A DNA stretch of 32,000 bases, taken from an uncultured archaeon. GTDB taxonomy: Archaea; Iainarchaeota; Iainarchaeia; Iainarchaeales; DATDZZ01. Positions 22,710 through 29,310 of the stretch are shown here, piece after piece. Under the pieces are notes generated by a model. The model had not been told where the DNA came from. It made no database searches and saw nothing but the letters and a program-made list of their open reading frames with translations. The stretch spans positions 17,710-49,709 of the forward strand of contig CAYJVY010000010.1 of assembly GCA_964373795.1 (NCBI GenBank), given 5' to 3'. The first letter of the stretch is position 1; each line of letters begins with the position of its first letter. The translations under genes and the position numbers were made by a program.

Positions 22710-23938
22710 ATATCTGATTCGCTAACTGTAAGATTTGGCTTTGGTACAATGCACGTATTGCCCGAACATCCATAAGAGCAGTTTTCTACAGATTGATCGT
22801 TAATATAGTAAGAACTGCCTTCAGAGCAATAAACGCCGTAACTTGAACTGCATGTATAGTCGTGATATAATTGTTTTTTTCTTAACTGTGAGCCAGAACA
22901 ATAGAATTCAAAAGAGTCAGCATAGTTTTTGTTGTCACAGTTTTCAATTGTTTTTGTCTCTGTTGAATTGCTTGAAGTACAGCTTGCAGAAGAGCATCCA
23001 GGAGTAGTAATTGTTCTGCTTTGAATAATGTTGTCATTAGAACAATAGTTATTGCTCCAATTTCCATAAGTAGTGTCTCCACAATCTTTTTGTTTTACTT
23101 TTTGTGTTTGGTTTAAACAAGAAGCACTAGTAGTTGAAGGATTCAAACAATATGATTCAGCATAGTCTCTGTAAACATCTCCGTCATAGCAGTAATTGTT
23201 TCCTGTGTATCCTGTTGTTCCACAGTCAGATGCTTTAGTGCAGGCAAAGGTTTTACATTGTCCACTTGAACAGTACTGGTTTGTTCCACAGGATTGATAT
23301 AATTCTGATTCTGTTGAATTGTTGGAATAACAGTTTCCGCTTGAACAGCCTTTTAGTGTTACACTTCTTTGCCTATAAACATTGTTGTCATTACATGTGT
23401 AACTCCAAGACCCATAAGAATTGTCTCCGCATTCTTGTTTTTTGTCTCCCCAGTCTCCACAGGAATTCTTCCAGTAAACGTCATTGCTTAAACAAGCATG
23501 AGTAAAATTTGCAGTGCAGACTTGTGGAATGAATTCAACATATAAATTCCATGTTCCAGATCCACTATATCTTTTGATTTGAAAGTGGTAGTAACCTGTT
23601 GTAGAAATGTTGAATTGAACTGTTTCGTTTGCACTGCCAGTGGTTCCAGATCCAACTTGGCCTGAAATACAGTTTTTATAAATATATAAATCAAAGTCTG
23701 CTCCGCTTGGGCCATAAAGATATGCTTTATATGTTCCTGACTTGTCTAAGTAGACATCAACCCAATCTTCTTCATCTAGGATTGGGTAAAGCGACTCTGA
23801 TGCCCAATTGTTTACATTCATTTTTTTTCCAGGGCCATCACAGTGATCCCATATAAAATGAGTAGCATTAACACTTGGCAGTAGTAAAAGTGTTATTAGT
23901 AAAATTAGTAAAAATCCAAGGATTTTTGTTTGAGTCAT
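22694..23938 (-). CDS. Secreted Cys-rich repeat protein with an N-terminal PPC-like (pre-peptidase C-terminal-like) beta domain
   Basis: 414 aa. Signal peptide LGFLLILLITLLLLPSVNA. DWVDVYLDKSGTYKAYLYGPSGADFDLYIY ... YHFQIKRYSGSGTWNLYV looks PPC-like. Repeated Cys modules follow (CGDNSYGSWSYTCNDNNVYRQRSVTLKGCSSGNC and CGDTTYGNWSNNYCSNDNIIQSRTITTPGCSSASC), with many N-x-S/T sequons. Overlaps the giant gene start by 16 nt. Confidence 0.7.
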   Translation of the reverse strand: MTQTKILGFLLILLITLLLLPSVNATHFIWDHCDGPGKKMNVNNWASESLYPILDEEDWVDVYLDKSGTYKAYLYGPSGADFDLYIYKNCISGQVGSGTTGSANETVQFNISTTGYYHFQIKRYSGSGTWNLYVEFIPQVCTANFTHACLSNDVYWKNSCGDWGDKKQECGDNSYGSWSYTCNDNNVYRQRSVTLKGCSSGNCYSNNSTESELYQSCGTNQYCSSGQCKTFACTKASDCGTTGYTGNNYCYDGDVYRDYAESYCLNPSTTSASCLNQTQKVKQKDCGDTTYGNWSNNYCSNDNIIQSRTITTPGCSSASCTSSNSTETKTIENCDNKNYADSFEFYCSGSQLRKKQLYHDYTCSSSYGVYCSEGSSYYINDQSVENCSYGCSGNTCIVPKPNLTVSESDIWIER

Positions 23939-23951
23939 TTTATTGCCTCAA

Positions 23952-24611
23952 CTATTTTTTCTCTTTCTTTGATTGTTCTGATTGAATTGGTAAGCCTAGT
24001 TGTTTTGCTAGCTCTTTTAATTCTTCTTCAGTCATTTTTGATAGTTCTTCAGGGCCATAAGTTTTTCCACCTATGCTGTAAACTTCTGTTGGTTTGTCGT
24101 CTCCAGGCATTGTTTTCTTTATTTCTTCAAATTCTTCTCTTTGTGTTTCTTCTGCCAGTTTTTGTTGTTCTTCTTTTTTCATGGAAGTTATTTCTGAAAC
24201 TTGATAAATTTTTCCTCCAACTTCAACTGGCTTGTTTTCATCCAACCATTTCTGTACAAGAATTTCTTGAGAAGTAGGTTTGGTCATTCCATCAACCAAT
24301 ACTTGAATATCTTCTTCAGAGACTGTGTCTTGTTCTGCAAGTATTTGTTTTAATTTTTTTTGTTGGTTTTCAGTAAGTTTTTCTTTTGCATCAGGGTCTT
24401 CTGCAATTTTTTTTTCAATTATTTCTTCAACTTTTTTTTCTTCTTCTGTTGAAAGAGTTTTTGTTTTTACTGTAGAATAGCCTGGAGCGCCTTGCAATTG
24501 CTTGTCAACCAATGAAGCTAAACTAGTTTGGTTAACACATCCTGAAATAAAAATAGTTACCAAAATTAATGCAATAGCTGTCTTAATTACTCCCATTGAA
24601 TTCCCCCTCAT
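23952..24611 (-). CDS. Lipobox-anchored Glu/Lys-rich protein, hypothetical
   Basis: 219 aa. Hydrophobic leader ending in FISGC (lipobox-like). The remainder is highly charged and predicted coiled/extended (EEEKKVEEIIEKK, KKEEQQKLAEETQREEFEE). First gene of the co-directional locus. Confidence 0.6.
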   Translation of the reverse strand: MRGNSMGVIKTAIALILVTIFISGCVNQTSLASLVDKQLQGAPGYSTVKTKTLSTEEEKKVEEIIEKKIAEDPDAKEKLTENQQKKLKQILAEQDTVSEEDIQVLVDGMTKPTSQEILVQKWLDENKPVEVGGKIYQVSEITSMKKEEQQKLAEETQREEFEEIKKTMPGDDKPTEVYSIGGKTYGPEELSKMTEEELKELAKQLGLPIQSEQSKKEKK

Positions 24612-24628
24612 ATTTGTTCTGTGGGGAT

Positions 24629-24772
24629 CTTAATTTAATTATTTGCCGTGCTGTTAAGACCTCTGGAGAAGCATTTGTTAATGATTTTAATGTTAAAACC
24701 CATTCAAACGAGGTTAGAAAATCTATTGGAATGGTTTTTCAAGACCCTTCATTGGATGAAGAGTTAACTGCT
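24629..24772 (+). pseudogene. Fragment of an ABC-transporter ATP-binding protein
   Basis: The translation KTSGEAFVNDFNVKTHSNEVRKSIGMVFQDPSLDEELTA matches the segment between Walker A and the Q-loop of ABC ATPases (xPTSGxxxxxGxD...RxxIGxVFQxxxLxxxLT). Walker A, the signature motif and Walker B are all absent. Confidence 0.7.
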
Positions 24773-24861
24773 TTTTCTCTTGCAACTTTTTTAATTATAG
24801 TTAAATTGTTTGAAAAACTTTGAATTTTTTCTAGAGCGCAATTAGACTTAGTTTTGGCTTT

Positions 24862-25392
24862 TTAAGCAGTAAACCTATTCAGTAATTTGTTTGAAGAAAA
24901 TGATTTGTTTATCTTGTTTTCATTTTCAAGAGCTAGTGGAAGAGTTAATTGCTTGTTTTCTTTAATTTCTTCTAATCTCCATTGAATTAAGGTGTCTTTA
25001 TTTAAAGTGTATTCTTCAATTCCTTTACTTGCTTCTTCTCCGTTAATGTAGAGTTTTAAATAATTATTTCCTCTTGACTTTATTCCTTCAATTCCTCTTA
25101 CAAAGCTTCCAAAATGAGTTTTTTCTATTTCAATTCTTTCAAGTTCTTGTAAAGCATTTAATGCATTAATGCCTTTTGAAAGAATTAATTCTTTGCTGAA
25201 AACCTGAATTGAAACATTTATTGACTCTTTAAAGAATTCACTTAAATGAATCCATAAAATAATCATTAAATCAATTACGAAAAACATTCCTAAAAGCATT
25301 GTCAAAGGATTTGAATCAATAATTGAAACTATTCCAAGCCAGGCAAACAAAATCAACAAAGAATACAAGTAAAGTTTCAACATTTTTTTCAC
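24862..25392 (-). CDS. Membrane-anchored DUF4430-like (transcobalamin-like beta-grasp) domain protein
   Basis: 176 aa with two N-terminal TM helices. Then SKGINALNALQEL ... FGSFVRGIEGIKSRGNNYLKLYINGEEASKGIEEYTLNKDTLIQWR, the pattern I associate with DUF4430. Confidence 0.55.
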   Translation of the reverse strand: MKKMLKLYLYSLLILFAWLGIVSIIDSNPLTMLLGMFFVIDLMIILWIHLSEFFKESINVSIQVFSKELILSKGINALNALQELERIEIEKTHFGSFVRGIEGIKSRGNNYLKLYINGEEASKGIEEYTLNKDTLIQWRLEEIKENKQLTLPLALENENKINKSFSSNKLLNRFTA

Positions 25393-25629
25393 TCAATTAA
25401 AAATAAAATATAACAAGGGGACAATTTAAAATAAAACCCTTATCTCGGGTGAAAGCGCCCCCTGTTTTGTTTTTCATTTTCTATTTATCAGGTTTTCACC
25501 TGCAATTAATACAATTAAATTTAATTTAATTCTGCGCAATTAACTTTTCAAACCAGTTTTCAAGGTAAACTTTGAAAACAAAAAAGTTTTTATTTTTCAG
25601 AAAAAGATTTTATTTGAATAAGGAATTAA

Positions 25630-25701
25630 TGCCCAGGGAGAGACTCGAACTCTCGACCGCCCGATTATCAGTCGGGTGCTCAACCACTAAGCTACCCGGG
25701 C
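25630..25701 (-). tRNA. tRNA-Ile (anticodon GAU)
   Basis: Reverse complement: GCCCGGG TA GCTT AGTGGTT GAGC A CCCGA CTGATAA TCGGG CGGTC GAGAG TTCGAGT CTCTC CCTGGGC A. A full cloverleaf can be drawn by hand. No encoded CCA. Confidence 0.9.
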
Positions 25702-25705
25702 ACTA

Positions 25706-25730
25706 AGCTTTTCTTTGGAAAAGAAAAGCT
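25706..25730. other. Perfect 11-bp hairpin abutting the 5' end of tRNA-Ile
   Basis: AGCTTTTCTTT-GGA-AAAGAAAAGCT, 4 nt from tRNA position 1 on the leader side. Confidence 0.6.
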
Positions 25731-25834
25731 GGCAAAAGAAAGCACAAAAAGTATTAACAAAAGATTTTTCGGAAACTTTTAAAGCATTAAAATTTAATTA
25801 GCTTGCACTTCCTTTGAATATAAACATATTATCT

Positions 25835-25858
25835 TACTTAAATTAATAAATTTAATTA
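25835..25858 (+). repeat. 24-nt AT-rich promoter-like element, copy 1 (partner 26087-26110)
   Basis: TACTTAAATTAATAAATTTAATTA vs TACTTAGATTAATAAATTTAATTA, one mismatch. Confidence 0.7.
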
Positions 25859-26086
25859 TAAGTTTGTTAAAGGCTTATTTTAATTCAGTGAATCTTTTTG
25901 GATGAGTTAACTCTAATACTTGTTTTTTCTTCCTTCAATCATGTCAACTGCATGTTTTGCTGTCGTATACCCTACTGTTGTTTCTTGATCGCACATTGCC
26001 ATTGCAGTGAAAACGTTTTTTTGAAATTCCCCTGCTATTGGAAGCCAATCTTTTGTTTTTCTTGGATTTTAGCATTATATTTAAAT

Positions 26087-26110
26087 TACTTAGATTAATA
26101 AATTTAATTA
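26087..26110 (+). promoter_or_regulatory. 24-nt AT-rich element, copy 2; probable BRE/TATA promoter of tRNA-Gln
   Basis: Ends 31 nt upstream of tRNA-Gln position 1, the expected position for an archaeal TATA box. Confidence 0.55.
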
Positions 26111-26140
26111 CAACTCTAGTTTTTATTCGTCCTTGTTTTC

Positions 26141-26213
26141 AGCCCGATCGTCTAGTGGCCAAGGATACGGGCCTTTGGAGCCTGTGACGTGAGTTCGACT
26201 CTCACTCGGGCTA
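26141..26213 (+). tRNA. tRNA-Gln (anticodon UUG)
   Basis: Acceptor AGCCCGA / TCGGGCT with the A1-U72 pair typical of archaeal tRNA-Gln. Anticodon arm CGGGC CTTTGGA GCCTG. T arm GTGAG TTCGACT CTCAC. Followed by a T7 run. Confidence 0.9.
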
Positions 26214-26265
26214 TTTTTTTCATAAAACAGTTTCTTTCTTATTCTTTTTCTTTTTTAATTTTTTC

Positions 26266-27003
26266 ATGTTGCCAATAAATCAATATAATTGTTTTTCAAG
26301 TGTATATGATAAAGTGACAGATAATGAATGCTATCAAGCATGGCAAAACTTTGTTTTAGGCAAGTTTTTTTTCAAACCAAATTTTGTAGTTGACTTAGGT
26401 TGTGGTACAGGTAGAAGCGCATTTATTTTTGCTGAAAAAAAATTGAAAGTAATAGGCATTGATCCGAGTTCTAAAATGCTTGCAGTTGCAAGAAAGAATG
26501 CAAAGAAAAAAAACTTGAAAGTTGAATTCAGAAAAGGTACTGCACAGAATTTTAAATTAAAAGTTAAAACTGATTTAATTGTTTCTTTTGCTGACATGTT
26601 AAATCATTTGCTTTCAGAAAAAGAATTACTTAAAGCTTTTCAAAACATTTATTCAAATCTTTCTTTTCAGGGAAGTTTTTTCTTTGAATTTAATTCTTTA
26701 CAAGGAATTAAGTCAATGAATTTATATGAAAATGAAGGAGAATTTGTTAATGGAAAAGCCTTTATTTGGGAAAATAATTGTTTTGAAGATTTTTGGGAAG
26801 GAAAAATGAGCATCTTCAAAAAACAAAAAAATGGTTTATTCAAGCTTTCACAAGAAGCAGTTCTTGAAAGAGGTTATTCTCTTAAAACAATTAAAAAATA
26901 TTTACTTTCTGCAGGCTTTAAAGAAATAAATTTCTTTGATGAAGAAACCTTGAAAAAACCTTCAAAAAAGTCTTTCAGAATTTATGGAATAGCAAAAAAA
27001 TAA
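26266..27003 (+). CDS. Class I SAM-dependent methyltransferase
   Basis: 245 aa. VVDLGCGTGRSAFIFA (motif I), VIGIDPSSKMLAVARKNA, DLIVSFADMLNHL. Confidence 0.85.
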   Translation: MLPINQYNCFSSVYDKVTDNECYQAWQNFVLGKFFFKPNFVVDLGCGTGRSAFIFAEKKLKVIGIDPSSKMLAVARKNAKKKNLKVEFRKGTAQNFKLKVKTDLIVSFADMLNHLLSEKELLKAFQNIYSNLSFQGSFFFEFNSLQGIKSMNLYENEGEFVNGKAFIWENNCFEDFWEGKMSIFKKQKNGLFKLSQEAVLERGYSLKTIKKYLLSAGFKEINFFDEETLKKPSKKSFRIYGIAKK

Positions 27004-27066
27004 GCTTTTTAAGAAAAAGCTTGCAAAAAATATGTTTAAGGAATTAATTATCTTTAAGTGAATAAA

Positions 27067-27201
27067 ATGACTGAAGCAAAATATCCAAATGAAAAATGCA
27101 CTTTATGTGGCGCGATTAACGCAGAAGTTAAATGGGCTGGACAATACTGGCACGTGAAATGCAAAAGGCGTAGCAAGAAATTAGCAAAAGGAATGTTCTA
27201 G
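27067..27201 (+). CDS. 44-aa zinc-ribbon-like micro-protein, hypothetical
   Basis: Hand translation: MTEAKYPNEKCTLCGAINAEVKWAGQYWHVKCKRRSKKLAKGMF. It has CxxC ... HxxC. It looks more GC-rich by eye than the flanking spacer. No strong SD. Confidence 0.35.
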   Translation: MTEAKYPNEKCTLCGAINAEVKWAGQYWHVKCKRRSKKLAKGMF

Positions 27202-27202
27202 T

Positions 27203-28405
27203 TTAGTTTCGGGCTTTTTTTCGATACTCAAATGAAATTTTTTTGCTTCCTTCTACTTGCGGTTGGTCGAAAGGATTAACATCTCGTAAAAGTGCAGAAT
27301 AAACTGCCAGGAATTGAAAAAAAGCTATAAGTTCTCCAATATTTTGTTCGTCAGCTTTTTCCAATGCAATCTCAATAACTGGAATATTGTTTTGAATTGC
27401 ATCCTCATAAGTTCCTCTGAATTCAAATTCCATTAGTTTTCCTGTTTCAGAGTTGTTAATTATTTTTAGTCTTTCCTTTAATTCAGAGTTTTCCAGCAAC
27501 TGTTTTGACACATTTATTTTTTGTTTTGTAGAAAAGTTTTTCACTCTTAAAAAGAGTCCGCAAATGTTTTTATGTCCTCCAAAAAAGCGTTGATTTGTAT
27601 GGTGTTGAGATTGAGGAGCTTCTGCACATAAAAAAGTTTGTCCTTTTTCTTGTTTGCAGACAGATTCATGCATTAATTGCATTATTAATTCATTGAAGGA
27701 GTTAAGTTTTGTGGAGTAAATAGGCAGGAATACTTCTGTAAATCCATGTAACTCGAGCTTGTACAAAACTGCTGCAAGCTTTAAGGCATTGTTTTGTTCA
27801 AAAGGAATTTTGTAGTTGTATTTTGTATATCCTTCTTGTATTCCTTTGTGAATTGCTTTAATTTTTATTTCTGCAAGAGCAGCTGGAAGTAAAGCAACTT
27901 CTGTTCCTCCTGAAAATCTTCCTCCAACATTAGGGTGTTCTATTAACTCTAAGCCAAGATTTTGAGCTATTTTGTGGAAAGGATTATTGTTAAAGGTTGT
28001 TATTGCAATTGTTTTGAATTCTTTGAAATAGAAAAAATTTTCATTTGATTCGTTTGTTATTCCTGATTTGCTTATTACTATTGCAACGCTTTCATTTTTT
28101 TTGCAAGATTTTTTTACTTGCAATATAAAATCTGGATCGAGAGTTTTAACAAAGAAGACTTTTTTCTTTGAATTAAATTCTTTCAAGCTTTTGTAAATTG
28201 CTTCAAAGCTTGAAATGCTTCCCCCCATTGCTATGACTATAATGTTTTCATATTTTTTGAATTTTTTTTGAAAATTTTTTATTAAATTAGTATTTGTTTT
28301 GTAAGTGTAAAAAGTTGGTTGTTTTTGTAAATGAATTTTTGAAAGTTTTTCTTGTAAATCAGTAAAATTGTTTATTTTTGAGTGAGAGAAATTTATTTCA
28401 ATCAT
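27203..28405 (-). CDS. pgi: Glucose-6-phosphate isomerase (SIS-type PGI)
   Basis: 400 aa. IIVIAMGGSISSFEA, VAIVISKSGITNES, HPNVGGRFSGGTEVALLPAA (PGI GGRFS signature). Confidence 0.8.
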   Translation of the reverse strand: MIEINFSHSKINNFTDLQEKLSKIHLQKQPTFYTYKTNTNLIKNFQKKFKKYENIIVIAMGGSISSFEAIYKSLKEFNSKKKVFFVKTLDPDFILQVKKSCKKNESVAIVISKSGITNESNENFFYFKEFKTIAITTFNNNPFHKIAQNLGLELIEHPNVGGRFSGGTEVALLPAALAEIKIKAIHKGIQEGYTKYNYKIPFEQNNALKLAAVLYKLELHGFTEVFLPIYSTKLNSFNELIMQLMHESVCKQEKGQTFLCAEAPQSQHHTNQRFFGGHKNICGLFLRVKNFSTKQKINVSKQLLENSELKERLKIINNSETGKLMEFEFRGTYEDAIQNNIPVIEIALEKADEQNIGELIAFFQFLAVYSALLRDVNPFDQPQVEGSKKISFEYRKKARN

Positions 28406-29303
28406 TTTCAGCCTCTTCTTTCCATCCTTCTGCTTCCCGTTTTTTTATTGCGTTTTTTATTTCAGGAATTCCATAAATTGCTTCTGGAATGCCTTTAACT
28501 AAGTCAGAGCTTACAAATCCATATCCTTTTTCTTCTAATAATTTGTCTCCTATTTTGCAGTTAATAAATACTCCTGCACTAGCTGCAGTAAAATTATCTG
28601 CTCCTTGAGCTTTAAATGCAGTGCAAATTCCTGCTAACACGTCTCCTGATCCTCCTACAGTCATTCCAGCATTTCCTGTTTTATTGATTTTAGTTTTTAC
28701 TCCGTCTGAGATTACATCAATTCTGCCTTTAAGTAGTATAACGCAATTAAATTCTTTAGCCATTTTTTTTACTAGAGAAATTCTTTCACTTGTTTTTTCA
28801 GTTGGTTCTTCCTCGAAAAGCATTTGGAATTCCCTTTTATGAGGAGTTAATAATCCTTTAATGTTTTTTTTCTCTAAAACTTGTAAAGCATCTGCATCAA
28901 TTACTATTTTTTTTTCCGAGCATTTTTCTACAAACTTGTTTAAGAATTTTTTTGTCTCAGATTGTTTTCCTAGTCCAGGGCCAATTGCAATTGAATCAAA
29001 TGTTTCAGCTAAAGGAATTAATTCTTTTAAGTGTTTTTGAGTGAAATAAGTGCCTTGAAATTTTCTAGTAATGAAGTCAATTGAAAAAGAATTTATTGCG
29101 TATGCAGCCTTTTCTGGAGCTGCTACTTGAATTAAATCAATTCCAGTTCTTAAAGCTGCTAAAGCAGTTAATGCTGGCGCGGAAACATAGTTTTCAGATC
29201 CACCTATTACTAATACGCATCCGTTTTCTCCTTTATGTGAAAATGGATTGCGAATTTTTACTGCTTTTATTACATCTTTTTCTGAACAAATATCGTAATT
29301 CAT
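28398..29303 (-). CDS. ADP-dependent NAD(P)H-hydrate dehydratase (YjeF C-terminal / carbohydrate kinase family)
   Basis: 301 aa. HKGENGCVLVIGGSENYVSAPALTALAALRTGIDL, GNAGMTVGGSGDVLAGI. Overlaps the pgi start by 8 nt. Confidence 0.85.
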   Translation of the reverse strand: MNYDICSEKDVIKAVKIRNPFSHKGENGCVLVIGGSENYVSAPALTALAALRTGIDLIQVAAPEKAAYAINSFSIDFITRKFQGTYFTQKHLKELIPLAETFDSIAIGPGLGKQSETKKFLNKFVEKCSEKKIVIDADALQVLEKKNIKGLLTPHKREFQMLFEEEPTEKTSERISLVKKMAKEFNCVILLKGRIDVISDGVKTKINKTGNAGMTVGGSGDVLAGICTAFKAQGADNFTAASAGVFINCKIGDKLLEEKGYGFVSSDLVKGIPEAIYGIPEIKNAIKKREAEGWKEEAEND

Positions 29304-29310
29304 TTTTTTT

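Noticed and set aside
25414-25464. GC-rich imperfect stem (CAAGGGG ... CCCCCTG with an inner ACCC/GGGT hairpin) upstream of the DUF4430-like gene, considered as a riboswitch
   Set aside because: It lies upstream of the likely TATA box of that gene, is far too short for a cobalamin element, and matches no riboswitch consensus I know. It is more likely a terminator-like hairpin plus T-run following tRNA-Ile.
25898-26098. 66-aa plus-strand ORF with a TTG start between the tRNA genes
   Set aside because: The product is Cys/Phe-rich and implausible, with no SD. The opposite strand carries a more protein-like, though startless, frame.
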